Positions 35,709 to 48,093 are shown, counted from the first letter of the stretch. The stretch: DNA of 64,000 nt from Escherichia coli (GCF_030384885.1 NZ_CP128613.1); one strand, 5' to 3'. Numbers and translations: made by a program. Notes: generated by a model not told the origin, from the sequence alone.

Positions 35709-35731
35709 TTATCATCACGAAGGCGATAACA

Positions 35732-36496
35732 ATGAATAACACCCCCAGCTACCCACAGCGCGTTCGCAATGATCTGCGCTTCCGTGAACTGACTGTGTTA
35801 CGCGTTGAGCGTATCAGTGCCGGTTTTCAGCGCATTGTCCTCGGCGGCGAGGCGCTGGACGGTTTTACATCGCGCGGCTTTGACGATCACAGCAAACTCT
35901 TCTTTCCTCAATCTGACGTTCACTTTGTGCCGCCAACGGTAACGGAAGAGGGGATCGTCTGGCCGGAAGGACCACGCCCACCGTCGCGTGACTATACGCC
36001 ACTGTATGACGAACAACGTCATGAACTGGCGATCGATTTCTTTATTCACGACGGCGGAGTCGCCAGCAGCTGGGCAATGCAGGCGCAACCGGGCGATAAA
36101 CTCACGGTGGCAGGTCCGCGCGGTTCGCTGGTGGTGCCGGAAGATTACGCGTATCAGGTGTATGTTTGCGATGAGTCCGGAATGCCGGCACTGCGCCGCC
36201 GCCTGGAAACGTTGAGTAAACTTGCCGTTAAACCGCAAGTTACCGCGCTGGTCAGCGTACAGGATAACGCCTGTCAGGATTATCTCGCGCACCTTGATGG
36301 TTTTAATATCGAATGGTTGGCGCATGATGAGCAGGCGGTAGACGCACGCCTGGCGCAGCTGCAAATCCCTGCCGATGATTACTTCATCTGGATAACCGGC
36401 GAAGGCAAAGTCGTTAAGAATTTAAGCAGCCGCTTTGAAGCGGAACAGTATGACCCACAGCGGGTACGCGCAGCGGCTTACTGGCACGAAAAGTAA
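35732..36496 (+). CDS. yqjH: NADPH-dependent ferric-siderophore reductase YqjH (254 aa)
   Basis: ORF track 254 aa MNNTPSYPQRVRNDLRFRELTVLRVERISAGFQRIVLGG... Confidence 0.9.
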   Translation: MNNTPSYPQRVRNDLRFRELTVLRVERISAGFQRIVLGGEALDGFTSRGFDDHSKLFFPQSDVHFVPPTVTEEGIVWPEGPRPPSRDYTPLYDEQRHELAIDFFIHDGGVASSWAMQAQPGDKLTVAGPRGSLVVPEDYAYQVYVCDESGMPALRRRLETLSKLAVKPQVTALVSVQDNACQDYLAHLDGFNIEWLAHDEQAVDARLAQLQIPADDYFIWITGEGKVVKNLSSRFEAEQYDPQRVRAAAYWHEK

Positions 36497-36515
36497 CTGA
36501 TATATAAAAAGAAAA

Positions 36516-36539
36516 AGGCTGACGATTTCTCGTCAGCCT
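36516..36539. terminator. Bidirectional rho-independent terminator (yqjH on + strand, tRNA on - strand)
   Basis: aggctgacg-atttct-cgtcagcct hairpin; T-run follows on the minus strand (after the tRNA 3' end) and ttgc on the plus strand. Confidence 0.6.
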
Positions 36540-36549
36540 TTGCTATATC

Positions 36550-36625
36550 TGGTGGCCCCTGCTGGACTTGAACCAGCGACCAAGCGATTATGAGTCGCCT
36601 GCTCTAACCACTGAGCTAAGGGGCC
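36550..36625 (-). tRNA. ileX: tRNA with CAU anticodon, ileX-type (tRNA-Ile2, lysidine-modified) including 3' CCA
   Basis: Reverse complement reads GGCCCCTTAGCTCAGTGGTTAGAGCAGGCGACTCATAATCGCTTGGTCGCTGGTTCAAGTCCAGCAGGGGCCACCA; cloverleaf with CTCATAA anticodon loop. Confidence 0.9.
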
Positions 36626-36749
36626 ATGGTAGCGGATTATAAAGTAACTCCGTGTCGCAATCCAGCCATTACCGCTCGCCTGCTGTTTTTATAAACAATG
36701 TATTTTCAATCCGTTATACTTTTCCTGGTGATGTTAGAAAGGAGTAAAT

Positions 36750-37256
36750 ATGGTTGAGGATATTTTGGCTCCAGGGTTACGGGTTGTGTTTTGCGGTATC
36801 AATCCTGGTCTTTCATCCGCCGGAACTGGTTTTCCCTTTGCTCATCCGGCAAATCGCTTCTGGAAGGTGATATATCAGGCTGGGTTTACCGACCGTCAGT
36901 TGAAGCCGCAGGAGGCACAGCATCTGCTGGATTATCGTTGTGGTGTCACCAAACTGGTAGACCGTCCAACGGTGCAAGCCAATGAAGTTTCAAAGCAGGA
37001 GCTGCACGCAGGCGGGCGTAAGCTGATTGAAAAAATTGAGGATTATCAACCACAAGCGTTGGCGATCCTCGGCAAACAGGCTTATGAGCAGGGCTTTAGC
37101 CAGCGCGGCACGCACTGGGGGAAACAAACGCTCACTATTGGTTCGACGCAGATTTGGGTACTGCCAAATCCCAGCGGTTTAAGTCGCGTTTCACTGGAGA
37201 AACTGGTTGAGGCGTATCGGGAACTGGACCAGGCGTTGGTAGTGCGTGGGCGATAA
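36750..37256 (+). CDS. mug: G/U mismatch-specific DNA glycosylase Mug (168 aa)
   Basis: ORF track 168 aa [39 protein letters not shown]... Confidence 0.9.
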   Translation: MVEDILAPGLRVVFCGINPGLSSAGTGFPFAHPANRFWKVIYQAGFTDRQLKPQEAQHLLDYRCGVTKLVDRPTVQANEVSKQELHAGGRKLIEKIEDYQPQALAILGKQAYEQGFSQRGTHWGKQTLTIGSTQIWVLPNPSGLSRVSLEKLVEAYRELDQALVVRGR

Positions 37257-37283
37257 AAAACGCCACCGAAAAGGTGGCGTTTG
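37255..37283. terminator. Bidirectional rho-independent terminator between convergent mug and rpoD
   Basis: aaaaaa-cgccaccgaaaaggtggcg-tttg: 7-bp GC-rich stem flanked by an A-run and T-run. Confidence 0.7.
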
Positions 37284-37334
37284 TGCAAAGGGAAAAGTGC
37301 CGGATGTGGCGTAACGCCTGATCCGACCTACCGA

Positions 37335-39176
37335 TTAATCGTCCAGGAAGCTACGCAGCACTTCAGAACGGCTCGGGTGACGCAGTTTACGCAGCGCCTT
37401 CGCTTCGATCTGACGGATACGTTCGCGGGTAACGTCGAACTGTTTACCCACTTCTTCCAGCGTGTGGTCGGTGTTCATGTCGATACCGAAACGCATACGC
37501 AGAACTTTCGCTTCACGCGCGGTCAGGCCAGCCAGCACGTCGTGCGTTGCCGCACGCAGGCTTTCAGTGGTCGCAGAATCCAGCGGCAGCTCGAGGGTGG
37601 TATCCTCGATGAAATCCCCCAGATGCGAATCTTCATCATCACCGATCGGCGTTTCCATGGAGATTGGCTCTTTGGCGATTTTCAGCACTTTGCGGATCTT
37701 GTCTTCCGGCATCAGCATACGTTCAGCCAGTTCTTCCGGCGTCGGCTCGCGGCCCATCTCTTGCAGCATCTGGCGAGAAATACGGTTGAGCTTGTTGATA
37801 GTCTCAATCATATGCACCGGAATACGGATGGTGCGCGCCTGATCCGCGATAGAGCGGGTGATCGCCTGACGGATCCACCAGGTTGCGTAGGTGGAGAACT
37901 TGTAACCACGGCGATATTCGAACTTATCTACCGCTTTCATCAGGCCGATGTTACCTTCCTGAATCAGGTCAAGGAACTGCAAGCCACGGTTGGTGTATTT
38001 CTTGGCGATAGAAATAACCAGACGTAAGTTCGCTTCAACCATCTCTTTCTTCGCACGGCGGGCTTTCGCTTCACCGATGGACATACGACGGTTGATATCT
38101 TTAACCTGCTCGATGGTCAGGCCTGTTTCTTCTTCAATCTGCTGCAGTTTCTGCAGGGCGCGATGCACTTCTTCAGAGACATCGTGCAGTTTTTCCGACC
38201 ACGGCTTGTTCATTGCAATTGCCGCGTTGAACCAGGTATCGCTGGTTTCGTTGCCGGTAAACAGGGTAATGAAGTTTTTCTTCGGCATTTTGCACTGTTC
38301 AACGCAGAGCTTCATGATCAGACGTTCTTGCGTACGAACGCGGTCCATCATGACGCGCATGCTGTTGACCAGGTAGTCAAACTGCTTCGGCACCAGGCGG
38401 AACTGTTTGAATACTTCAGACAGTTTCAGGATCTCTTCCTGAGCGGCAGCGTGACTGCGACCTTTCGCTTTGATGGTGTCACGCGTTACAACGTACTGAG
38501 CGCGCAGTTCCGCAAATTTTTCGCGAGCCAGTTCCGGGTCGATGCTGTTGTCATCATCGGCGCTATCGTCATCGCCATCTTCTTCGTCTTCATCTTCGTC
38601 ATCGTCCAGATCTTCCTGGGAAAGCTCAGAACCGACGTGAGTGGCGGTAGGTGCCAGATCTTCTTCTGCGTTCGGGTCAACAAAGCCGGTGATCAGATCG
38701 GACAGACGCGCTTCTTCTGCTTCAACACGATCGTACTGTTCCAGCAGATAGGTGATCGCTTCCGGATATTCAGCAACGGAGCATTGAACCTGGTTGATCC
38801 CGTCTTCAATGCGCTTAGCGATGTCAATTTCGCCTTCGCGGGTCAACAGTTCAACGGTGCCCATTTCACGCATGTACATGCGTACCGGGTCAGTCGTGCG
38901 CCCGATTTCAGATTCCACGCTGGAAAGCACCTGCGCGGCGGCTTCGGCAGCATCTTCGTCCGCGGTGTTTTCAGCCAGCATCAGATCATCGGCATCCGGT
39001 GCTTCTTCCATCACCTGAATGCCCATGTCGTTGATCATTTGGATGATGTCTTCGATCTGATCTGAATCGACGATATCTTCCGGCAGATGGTCATTGACCT
39101 CGGCATAGGTCAGATAGCCTTGCTCCTTACCACGGGTGACAAGAAGTTTCAGCTGTGACTGCGGGTTTTGCTCCAT
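37335..39176 (-). CDS. rpoD: RNA polymerase sigma-70 factor RpoD (613 aa)
   Basis: ORF track 613 aa [43 protein letters not shown]...; acidic region and conserved 2.4/4.2 regions. Confidence 0.97.
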   Translation of the reverse strand: MEQNPQSQLKLLVTRGKEQGYLTYAEVNDHLPEDIVDSDQIEDIIQMINDMGIQVMEEAPDADDLMLAENTADEDAAEAAAQVLSSVESEIGRTTDPVRMYMREMGTVELLTREGEIDIAKRIEDGINQVQCSVAEYPEAITYLLEQYDRVEAEEARLSDLITGFVDPNAEEDLAPTATHVGSELSQEDLDDDEDEDEEDGDDDSADDDNSIDPELAREKFAELRAQYVVTRDTIKAKGRSHAAAQEEILKLSEVFKQFRLVPKQFDYLVNSMRVMMDRVRTQERLIMKLCVEQCKMPKKNFITLFTGNETSDTWFNAAIAMNKPWSEKLHDVSEEVHRALQKLQQIEEETGLTIEQVKDINRRMSIGEAKARRAKKEMVEANLRLVISIAKKYTNRGLQFLDLIQEGNIGLMKAVDKFEYRRGYKFSTYATWWIRQAITRSIADQARTIRIPVHMIETINKLNRISRQMLQEMGREPTPEELAERMLMPEDKIRKVLKIAKEPISMETPIGDDEDSHLGDFIEDTTLELPLDSATTESLRAATHDVLAGLTAREAKVLRMRFGIDMNTDHTLEEVGKQFDVTRERIRQIEAKALRKLRHPSRSEVLRSFLDD

Positions 39177-39370
39177 AAGACGGTATCCACACTTATTTCA
39201 TGAGGTTGGTGTTGGGCGATTGACCCGCTGTCCTTCAGCCGTTAACGCTGAAATCCAACGGTTATTTACCGCCAACGATAATTACGAGGGCGTACTTATA
39301 TATTTGCCGCTGCCTCTCAGTGCGGCTGTCGGGGGCTTCCCGATCGCTCTTCGGCACTTAAGCCGTTAAA

Positions 39371-41116
39371 TTACTTTTTCGCCAGCTCTTGGTTTAATGT
39401 CCAGAGCTCCAGGCGTTCTTCGTTGCTTAAACCATGCGTGCGCTCACGAGCGATTAACTCTTCCTGGCGCAGTTCAAGCAGCGAATCAAACATATGGTTG
39501 AGTGAGTCGGTGAAGGTTTGCTCAGCAATATTCCTATCTGCTATATCGTCCCACATCGACAGTTTTTCAAGGGTGGCAGCATTATTTGTACCACGATAGT
39601 GCTCTAAAAGTTGCCCGGTGGTCAGACCTGGCTGAGAGAGACAAGTGTTGACCAGTTCTCTGAATAAGCCAAGTCCAGGGAGCTTATTTTCATCCAGATT
39701 CTCAAGCGGCGGGACCAACGTCGCTAATTCTGGATTTTGCACCAGCAACCCTATAAGTATACGCATGGTCGTGCGTTTTAGCTGTGGAACAGGGCGAGAA
39801 ACGCTGCTCTCCGCCGCTTTTGGCATTAATCGTTCAAGCTGGCTGTCATCAAGTATGCCTAATTTGTTGCCTAATTCCTGACGAAGATATATTCGCAGCG
39901 TTTCGCCCGGCACCTGCGATATCAATGGCAGTGCCAGCGTACTCAAACGTGCGCGCCCGTCAGGGGTACTCAGATCAACTTGCGGCATCAGACTGTTAAA
40001 CAGAAAAGCGGAGAGCGGCATCGCCTGCTCCATCCGCGCTTCAAACGCTTCTTTACCTTCTTTGCGCACCAGCGTGTCAGGGTCTTCGCCATCAGGCAAA
40101 AACATAAAACGTAGCTGCCGTCCGTCTGTCATGTAAGGCAACGCCGTTTCCAACGCTCGCCAGGCAGCATCGCGACCTGCACGGTCGCCGTCATAACAGC
40201 AAATGACATTGTTGGTCGCGCGGAACAACAACTGAATGTGATCGGCAGTGGTTGACGTGCCTAACGACGCGACAGCGTAATTAATGCCGTATTGCGCCAG
40301 CGCCACCACGTCCATATAGCCTTCGACCACAAGCAGACGATTGGGTTCAGCGTTATCCTGCTGCGCCTCATAAAGACCGTATAGCTGGCGGCCTTTATGG
40401 AAAATATCGGTTTCCGGCGAGTTCAGGTATTTGGGGGTATCGTTGCCCAGCACGCGCCCGCCAAAACCAATTACCCGACCGCGTTTATCGCGAATGGGGA
40501 ACATCACCCGCTCGCGGAAACGATCGTAACTACGCCCCTGATCGTTGGTGACCAACATGCCCGCATCAATCAATGACTGACGATTTTCTGGATTACCGCC
40601 AAACCGTTTCAGGACGTTGTCCCAGCCGGGGGGCGCAAAACCAATCGCAAAGCGGGCGATAACCTCGTGGCTTAGTCCGCGTTTTTCCAGATACTGGCGC
40701 GCAGACGTGGCAACAGGTTGCTGTAAAGATTGTTGGTAAAACGTATTCAGACCGTCCATCAACTGATAAAGCGTTTGCCGTTGATGGCGTTCGATCTGAC
40801 TGGGGCCGCTGCCTGCTTCAAATGGCACTTCAAGATTGTGCATTGCCGCCAGCTCTTCGACCGTTTCGACGAACTCGAGCTTGTCATAGTTCATCAGGAA
40901 GTCGATCGCGTTGCCGTGCGCGCCACATCCAAAGCAGTGGTAAAACTGTTTCTCACCGTTAACGGTGAATGACGGGGTTTTCTCGTTGTGGAATGGACAA
41001 CACGCGTGAAAATTCTTGCCCTGCTTTTTCAGCTTTACACGGGCATCGATCAGATCGACGATGTCAGTGCGTGCCAGCAGATCATTAATGAATACGCGTG
41101 GGATTCGTCCAGCCAT
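39371..41116 (-). CDS. dnaG: DNA primase DnaG (581 aa)
   Basis: ORF track 581 aa MAGRIPRVFINDLLARTDIVDLIDARVKLKKQGKNFHACCPFHNEKTPSF... (zinc-binding and TOPRIM domains). Confidence 0.97.
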   Translation of the reverse strand: MAGRIPRVFINDLLARTDIVDLIDARVKLKKQGKNFHACCPFHNEKTPSFTVNGEKQFYHCFGCGAHGNAIDFLMNYDKLEFVETVEELAAMHNLEVPFEAGSGPSQIERHQRQTLYQLMDGLNTFYQQSLQQPVATSARQYLEKRGLSHEVIARFAIGFAPPGWDNVLKRFGGNPENRQSLIDAGMLVTNDQGRSYDRFRERVMFPIRDKRGRVIGFGGRVLGNDTPKYLNSPETDIFHKGRQLYGLYEAQQDNAEPNRLLVVEGYMDVVALAQYGINYAVASLGTSTTADHIQLLFRATNNVICCYDGDRAGRDAAWRALETALPYMTDGRQLRFMFLPDGEDPDTLVRKEGKEAFEARMEQAMPLSAFLFNSLMPQVDLSTPDGRARLSTLALPLISQVPGETLRIYLRQELGNKLGILDDSQLERLMPKAAESSVSRPVPQLKRTTMRILIGLLVQNPELATLVPPLENLDENKLPGLGLFRELVNTCLSQPGLTTGQLLEHYRGTNNAATLEKLSMWDDIADRNIAEQTFTDSLNHMFDSLLELRQEELIARERTHGLSNEERLELWTLNQELAKK

Positions 41117-41226
41117 AGGCCCCGATTTTTAGCAATTCATAAACGAAAATAAGCCGCGCATTCCTTTCGGAAGCACGGCCTTACAACTACAACTCGGTCT
41201 GATCGGAGAGCAACGCTCTCGGGGAA

Positions 41227-41481
<255 letters not shown>

Positions 41482-41679
41482 TCAACGCCAGCTTATTTCA
41501 AAATGGTGCGGAATTTTACTGCAATTGCTGCTGCTTTGTAAAGCACCGCGGCCTTTTTTGAAAGGGACTTTTATAAGGGTGAGGAGTATACACGAGGCTT
41601 TCTCCAGGGGCGAACAAAGTTTTACATCAACCCGCATTGGTCCTACACTGCGCGGTAATAAAGCGAGGTAAAACAAGTC

Positions 41680-42693
41680 ATGCGTGTACTGGGTATTGAA
41701 ACTTCCTGCGATGAAACCGGCATCGCCATTTACGACGATGAAAAAGGTTTGTTAGCCAACCAATTGTATAGTCAGGTGAAATTGCACGCTGACTACGGCG
41801 GCGTCGTGCCTGAACTGGCCTCCCGCGATCACGTGCGTAAAACCGTACCGTTGATCCAGGCGGCGCTGAAAGAGTCCGGTTTAACGGCAAAAGACATTGA
41901 CGCCGTGGCCTATACTGCAGGCCCTGGATTAGTCGGTGCGCTGTTGGTTGGCGCAACGGTCGGGCGTTCGCTGGCATTTGCCTGGGGCGCTCCGGCGATC
42001 CCGGTACACCATATGGAAGGGCATCTGTTAGCGCCGATGCTGGAAGATAACCCACCGGAATTTCCGTTTGTCGCGCTGCTGGTTTCCGGCGGTCATACGC
42101 AGTTAATCAGCGTGACTGGCATTGGTCAGTACGAGCTGCTCGGCGAGTCTATCGATGATGCCGCCGGGGAAGCGTTTGATAAAACCGCGAAGCTGCTGGG
42201 GCTGGATTATCCTGGCGGGCCATTACTGTCGAAAATGGCGGCTCAGGGTACTGCCGGGCGCTTTGTCTTCCCGCGTCCGATGACCGACCGTCCGGGGCTG
42301 GATTTCAGCTTTTCTGGTCTGAAAACCTTCGCGGCAAATACCATTCGTGATAACGGCACCGACGACCAGACGCGTGCTGATATCGCCCGCGCCTTTGAAG
42401 ATGCGGTGGTCGATACGTTGATGATTAAGTGTAAGCGAGCGCTGGATCAGACAGGCTTTAAGCGACTGGTAATGGCAGGCGGCGTGAGTGCTAACCGCAC
42501 GTTACGGGCGAAGCTGGCTGAAATGATGAAAAAACGCCGTGGCGAAGTGTTCTACGCGCGTCCGGAATTTTGTACTGATAACGGCGCGATGATCGCCTAT
42601 GCCGGAATGGTGCGGTTTAAAGCAGGCGCGACGGCGGATCTCGGCGTTAGCGTGCGTCCGCGCTGGCCGCTGGCAGAGTTACCGGCCGCGTAA
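41680..42693 (+). CDS. tsaD: tRNA N6-threonylcarbamoyladenosine synthase TsaD (YgjD, 337 aa)
   Basis: ORF track 337 aa [45 protein letters not shown]... Confidence 0.95.
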   Translation: MRVLGIETSCDETGIAIYDDEKGLLANQLYSQVKLHADYGGVVPELASRDHVRKTVPLIQAALKESGLTAKDIDAVAYTAGPGLVGALLVGATVGRSLAFAWGAPAIPVHHMEGHLLAPMLEDNPPEFPFVALLVSGGHTQLISVTGIGQYELLGESIDDAAGEAFDKTAKLLGLDYPGGPLLSKMAAQGTAGRFVFPRPMTDRPGLDFSFSGLKTFAANTIRDNGTDDQTRADIARAFEDAVVDTLMIKCKRALDQTGFKRLVMAGGVSANRTLRAKLAEMMKKRRGEVFYARPEFCTDNGAMIAYAGMVRFKAGATADLGVSVRPRWPLAELPAA

Positions 42694-42735
42694 AACTATT
42701 AGGTGCCGGAGAGTCACTTCCGGCACCGTCCTCAC

Positions 42736-44199
42736 TTAAAGCAACACCACGGGCATCCACAGTAAGCCGGTAATCACCAGCAACACGAGGAATATCAGCC
42801 CAAAAATTGCACCCAGTCGCCAGTAATCCACCGTTGGCAGATAACCACTACCGTAGTAAATCGGACTGGGTCCGGTGGCGTATGGTGTAAGAATGCTCCC
42901 CAGACCAATGGCCGCGCCAACCATCAGGCAGAACACGGGAAGCGGGATTTCCGGCATCGCCAGCGCGGCGGCAATCATCATCGGCGCGAGAGCGGAGGTA
43001 TACGCCGTGGCGCTGGCAAAGAAGTAGCGTAGCAGATAAAAGACCACAATCAACGCCACCATCACCATCGTTGGCGAATAACCGCTTAAGCTGCCTGCTA
43101 ACAGTTTGCCAAACCAGCTAATAAAACCGGTGTTGTTGAGTCCGGTAGCGAGGGTGATAAGCGAGGCCAGCCAGAAGAAAACGTTCCACGCCGCTTTATT
43201 ACTGACAATATCGTCCCAGCAGATAATGCGCAGAAGCAGCATCAGTGCCACCACGCTGTAACCGACCATCGCGGCATCGATATAATCACCGCCGAAAATC
43301 CACAGCATCAGTGCGCCTACCATCAGCCCCAGCATCCGTTTTTCACGAGAACAGAGCGGGCCCATTGCGTGCAGTTCCGTCTCTGCCCAGCGCGGCACCT
43401 GATCACCAGACTTCAGTACCGGCGAGTACAGCACGTAAGCCAGCCAGGGAACCAGCAGAACCAGTAAAATGCTGAGCGGCAACATGCCGAGAAACCAGTC
43501 GCCCCAACTCAGCGTGGCGTGAGATGCGCTTTTCATCAGTCCAATTAACAGCAAGTTTGGTGCCATCGCCGTCAGGAAAATGGCGCTGGTCACGCAGTCG
43601 GCAACAATCCCCATCCACATGATGTACGAGCCAATGCTGCGCGAACTGCTGTCGTTTGGTTGTGATTGATAGAGCGGTGGCAGGTTACGGATGATGGGAT
43701 AGATAATCCCCGCACCGCGCGCCGAGTTGGACGGTGTTACAGGTGCCAGGATCAGCTCGGAGAACATCACCGCATAGCCGAGAAACAGCGTACGATGCCC
43801 CATTTTTTTCACCAGAATCAGCGCGATACGTCGCCCCAGCCCGGTTTTTTCATAGCCTGTGCCAAACATAAAGGCGGCGAAAATCAGCCAGATAACCGAA
43901 TTAGAAAAACCAGAAACCGCCCAGGAGAGGGATTTGGCGGTGAACTTAAAACCTGGCTGGGCGAGCTGCTCCGGGCTAAACAGCAGCCACGGCGAGAGAA
44001 TGGCGATAATGGAGATACCCACCATCGCCACCACGGCACCCGGCACGGGTTCGAGGATCAGTCCAACGATCACGCCAGTAAAAACGGCAAAGTAGAGCCA
44101 GGTATGACTCTCCAGCCCTGCGGGAACCGGAATTAGAGCAATAATGGCGATGACCGCCAGCGGCGCAAGGTATCGCCACCATTCAGTGGAAGGTTTCAT
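42736..44199 (-). CDS. ttdT: L-tartrate/succinate antiporter TtdT (487 aa)
   Basis: ORF track 487 aa MKPSTEWWRYLAPLAVIAIIALIPVPAGLESHTWLYF...; DASS-family transporter. Confidence 0.9.
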   Translation of the reverse strand: MKPSTEWWRYLAPLAVIAIIALIPVPAGLESHTWLYFAVFTGVIVGLILEPVPGAVVAMVGISIIAILSPWLLFSPEQLAQPGFKFTAKSLSWAVSGFSNSVIWLIFAAFMFGTGYEKTGLGRRIALILVKKMGHRTLFLGYAVMFSELILAPVTPSNSARGAGIIYPIIRNLPPLYQSQPNDSSSRSIGSYIMWMGIVADCVTSAIFLTAMAPNLLLIGLMKSASHATLSWGDWFLGMLPLSILLVLLVPWLAYVLYSPVLKSGDQVPRWAETELHAMGPLCSREKRMLGLMVGALMLWIFGGDYIDAAMVGYSVVALMLLLRIICWDDIVSNKAAWNVFFWLASLITLATGLNNTGFISWFGKLLAGSLSGYSPTMVMVALIVVFYLLRYFFASATAYTSALAPMMIAAALAMPEIPLPVFCLMVGAAIGLGSILTPYATGPSPIYYGSGYLPTVDYWRLGAIFGLIFLVLLVITGLLWMPVVLL

Positions 44200-44247
44200 C
44201 GTGTTATGCCTGCGAAAAAGGAGAGGGGGTGAGCCTCTCCGGGAGGG

Positions 44248-44853
44248 TTATTTGATGTAGTGGACGTGCTCGCAAATCTCTTCCACGATGGGATCGCGGC
44301 GTTCGGCGAACAGCTTTTTGTTTTCGGCTATCAGGTTGTTGCCGTGGGTATCAATAGAGACAATCAGCGGACCGAACTCTTTGACCCGGCAGACCCACAG
44401 CGACTCCGGCATCCCGAGTTCTGTCCAGTGCACCTCTTCAATCTCTTCCACCTGGGTTGCCGCCAGTACTGCGCAGCCTGCCGGGAAAATCACATGCAGC
44501 GCCTTGAATTTCTGGCAGCCTTCTTCGGTCAGCGGCCCCATTCCGCCTTTGCCGACCACCAGTTTCACGCCGGTCTGTTCGATAAATTCACGTTCAAAAC
44601 TTTCCATACGCATACTGGTTGTCGGGCCGACGGATACCATCTCCCATTTGTCGCCGTTTTTGCGCACGATGGGGCCAGCGTGGAAAATCGCTTTGCCGTT
44701 GAGATCGTAAGGGATCGGACGTTTGAGTTCGATCAAGCGACGGTGACAAACGTCACGGCAGGTTACCAGCGTACCGGTCAGGTAGATCACATCGCCGACG
44801 CGAATATCTTGCAGATCTTCAGCTTTGATCGGGGTTGTCAGGATCTTTTTCAT
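44248..44853 (-). CDS. ttdB: L(+)-tartrate dehydratase beta subunit TtdB (201 aa)
   Basis: ORF track 201 aa [40 protein letters not shown]...; overlaps ttdA stop by 4 nt. Confidence 0.9.
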
Positions 44854-45761
44854 AACGCGCTCCGGGTGTGAGACAGATTTTCAAAGGTGAGATCGGCATG
44901 AACCAGCAGTGTGCCGCGACGATGCGCCCAGCAGCCGGTAGAAACAGCAACGCCGATGGTTGACGGATGGCGGGCGGCAGATTCGATATGTACGCCCATC
45001 ACTGAACTGTTGCCAGTCAGCCCCTGTGGACCAATCCCCAGACGGTTGAGTCCTTCTTCCAGGCGTAGTTCCAGCTCTGCCGCTTTTGGATTGGGATGGC
45101 GGCTGCCAATCGGGCGCAAAATGGCTTTACGTGAGAGCACAGCGGCGGTTTCCACCGAGGTGGCGATGCCCACGCCTACCAGTACCGGTGGACAGGCGTT
45201 TACGGCGAGGGTGGAGATATTTTCGAAGACGAATTTCACTACGCCTTCGTAGCCTTCCGACGGCATTAACACTTTCGAACGACCAGGCAACGTGCAGCCG
45301 CCGCCTGCCATGTAAACTTCGATTTCCGCATCGTCACCGTCGGGGACGATATCCCAGGTGACCCACGGTACGCCGCTGCCGGTATTTTTGCCGGTGTTCA
45401 CTTCGTCAAAAATTTCTACCGCATTGTGACGCAGTGGCGCTTTGACGGTTGCCTCTTCCACGGCTTGCTTAAGAATGCTTTGCAGCTCGCCAAGCAGTGG
45501 GAAACGGGAACCAACCTTAACAAAAAACATGATTTCGCCGGTGTCCTGACAGGCAGGACGATTCAGGTCGATTGCTTTTTGCATGTTGTCGAACATCGTG
45601 TGGTAGATGATTTTCCCCATCGACGACGTTTCGGCATCCTTTAGCTGTTTTAGTTTGTCCACCACGTCATCGGGCATTCGGGTAGAAATCATGGCGGTAA
45701 AGTTAGCGACAATCTCCGTCAACTTATTCACTGCCTGTTGCTTATTACTTTCGCTCATCAT
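44850..45761 (-). CDS. ttdA: L(+)-tartrate dehydratase alpha subunit TtdA (303 aa)
   Basis: ORF track 303 aa [40 protein letters not shown]... (Fe-S hydro-lyase). Confidence 0.9.
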
Positions 45762-45967
45762 GGCAACTCCAGTTTATGTATTTGTCTGGAAAAATTCACC
45801 GCCACAAACTACCACTAAAAATGTGGTTTTATATTTTTTGCCGCCGTGAATATGTAATTCACAGTTCGTGAATCAACGCGAAAATAAGAATGAATATTGC
45901 GCCAGAGCAGGGAATGGCAATGTTTTGCGAAATACACTGCGCTTATCACAACTGCGGATAATTAACG

Positions 45968-46900
45968 ATGCTGAATAGCTGGCCTTTAGCCAAAGATTTG
46001 CAGGTACTGGTAGAAATCGTCCACAGCGGGAGTTTTAGTGCTGCAGCGGCGACGCTTGGGCAAACGCCTGCATTTGTCACCAAGCGGATCCAAATCCTTG
46101 AAAATACGCTGGCAACAACGCTGCTGAACCGCTCCGCCCGCGGCGTGGCGCTGACTGAAAGTGGCCAACGTTGTTACGAGCATGCGCTGGAAATCCTCAC
46201 CCAATATCAGCGACTGGTCGATGACGTCACGCAAATCAAAACGCGCCCGGAGGGGATGATTCGTATTGGCTGTAGTTTTGGTTTTGGGCGCAGCCATATT
46301 GCGCCAGCTATTACCGAACTGATGCGCAATTATCCTGAGTTACAGGTGCATTTTGAATTGTTCGATCGGCAAATTGATTTAGTGCAGGATAATATTGATC
46401 TGGATATTCGTATTAATGACGAAATTCCTGATTATTATATTGCGCATCTTTTGACAAAAAATAAACGAATATTATGTGCAGCACCTGAGTATCTGCAAAA
46501 ATATCCGCAGCCACTATCCTTGCAGGAATTAAGTCGTCATGACTGTCTTGTGACCAAAGAGCGTGATATGACCCACGGAATATGGGAGTTGGGGAACGGT
46601 CAGGAGAAAAAATCGGTGAAGGTAAGCGGGCACCTTTCCTCCAATAGCGGCGAGATTGTGCTGCAATGGGCGCTGGAAGGAAAAGGAATTATGCTGCGTT
46701 CTGAGTGGGATGTTTTACCGTTTCTGGAGAGTGGCAAACTGGTGCGAGTATTGCCGGAGTATGCACAAAGCGCCAATATCTGGGCTGTTTACCGGGAGCC
46801 GCTCTATCGCAGCATGAAATTACGTGTCTGCGTGGAATTTCTGGCGGCATGGTGCCAGCAGCGGCTAGGCAAGCCCGACGAAGGCTATCAGGTTATGTAG
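45968..46900 (+). CDS. ttdR: LysR-family activator TtdR (310 aa)
   Basis: ORF track 310 aa [46 protein letters not shown]...; divergent from ttdA. Confidence 0.9.
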   Translation: MLNSWPLAKDLQVLVEIVHSGSFSAAAATLGQTPAFVTKRIQILENTLATTLLNRSARGVALTESGQRCYEHALEILTQYQRLVDDVTQIKTRPEGMIRIGCSFGFGRSHIAPAITELMRNYPELQVHFELFDRQIDLVQDNIDLDIRINDEIPDYYIAHLLTKNKRILCAAPEYLQKYPQPLSLQELSRHDCLVTKERDMTHGIWELGNGQEKKSVKVSGHLSSNSGEIVLQWALEGKGIMLRSEWDVLPFLESGKLVRVLPEYAQSANIWAVYREPLYRSMKLRVCVEFLAAWCQQRLGKPDEGYQVM

Positions 46901-46912
46901 ACTCGCGAAAAA

Positions 46913-47530
46913 TCACTCAGGATCCTTTTCGCGCTTTCTTTTGAATTTCGTCCAGATTTTTGTCTCCTGACGACGCCACAGACGCTGGATGTTGTCATGA
47001 TGGCGCAGCAGGATCAGGCATGAGAGCATCGAAACCGGGAAGGTGAATTGTGGCTTAAACCACCAGACGTAAAATGGAGCAATCAGTGCGCTGACAATCG
47101 CTCCCAGCGACGAGTATCCGCTCAATAGCACGGTCAGTAACCAGGTTCCCGCCATTACTCCGGTGAGATCCCAGCCAATTGGTGCGATGGCACCAAAAGC
47201 GGTAGCAACGCCTTTTCCTCCTTTAAAACCGAAGAAAACGGGCCAGATGTGTCCAAGGCAGGCGGCGATGGCAATTAAGCCTAGCCAGAAGGGGCTGACA
47301 CCTAATTCATACGCGCCCCAGACGGGCAACATTCCTTTCAGAACGTCGAAAATCAGTACTGCTACGGCTGCTCCCTTGCCACCGATACGTAACACATTGG
47401 TTGCGCCAGGATTACCGGAGCCGCTGGTTCGCGGATCGGGCAGCCCACACAAGCGGCAAACCAGAATGGCACTGGAAATGGAGCCGCAGAGGTACGCGAT
47501 GAGGATCATTCCAGGCGCGATTGCACTCAT
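46913..47530 (-). CDS. plsY: Glycerol-3-phosphate acyltransferase PlsY (205 aa)
   Basis: ORF track 205 aa [48 protein letters not shown]... Confidence 0.9.
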
Positions 47531-47634
47531 AAGCTGTTCCGTTTTGAAAATTCGTGTTCAACGATGAATCTGTGGATAATACGCACATTTCGCCGGAAGT
47601 GGTATCCGGTTAGCCAAAAAGCAGGCAGGACGTG

Positions 47635-48003
47635 ATGGATATTGTATTTATAGAGCAACTTTCGGTAATCACCACTATTGGTGTTTACGACTGGGAACAG
47701 ACCATCGAACAGAAGTTAGTGTTCGATATCGAAATGGCGTGGGATAACCGTAAAGCGGCGAAAAGTGATGATGTGGCGGATTGCCTCAGTTACGCTGACA
47801 TTGCAGAAACGGTAGTCAGCCACGTCGAGGGCGCGCGTTTTGCGCTGGTGGAACGTGTGGCGGAAGAGGTGGCGGAGCTGCTGTTAGCACGCTTCAACTC
47901 GCCGTGGGTGCGTATCAAACTCAGCAAGCCAGGCGCAGTGGCGCGGGCGGCGAATGTTGGCGTCATCATTGAGCGTGGCAATAATCTGAAAGAAAATAAT
48001 TAA
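47635..48003 (+). CDS. folB: Dihydroneopterin aldolase FolB (122 aa)
   Basis: ORF 47632..48003; start at second Met MDIVFIEQLSVITTIGVYDWEQTIEQKLVFDIEMAWD... Confidence 0.9.
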   Translation: MDIVFIEQLSVITTIGVYDWEQTIEQKLVFDIEMAWDNRKAAKSDDVADCLSYADIAETVVSHVEGARFALVERVAEEVAELLLARFNSPWVRIKLSKPGAVARAANVGVIIERGNNLKENN

Positions 48004-48093
48004 TTTTACAGCTGTTAAACCAAACGGTTATAACCTGGTCATACTGCAGTAGTTTGGACAAGCGTTACATTTTTATAATTTAGGGGTTTATTG

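Noticed and set aside
37990-39065. ORFs of 128 and 300 aa antisense inside rpoD
   Set aside because: Antisense to the acidic, repeat-rich region of sigma-70; compositionally biased artefacts.
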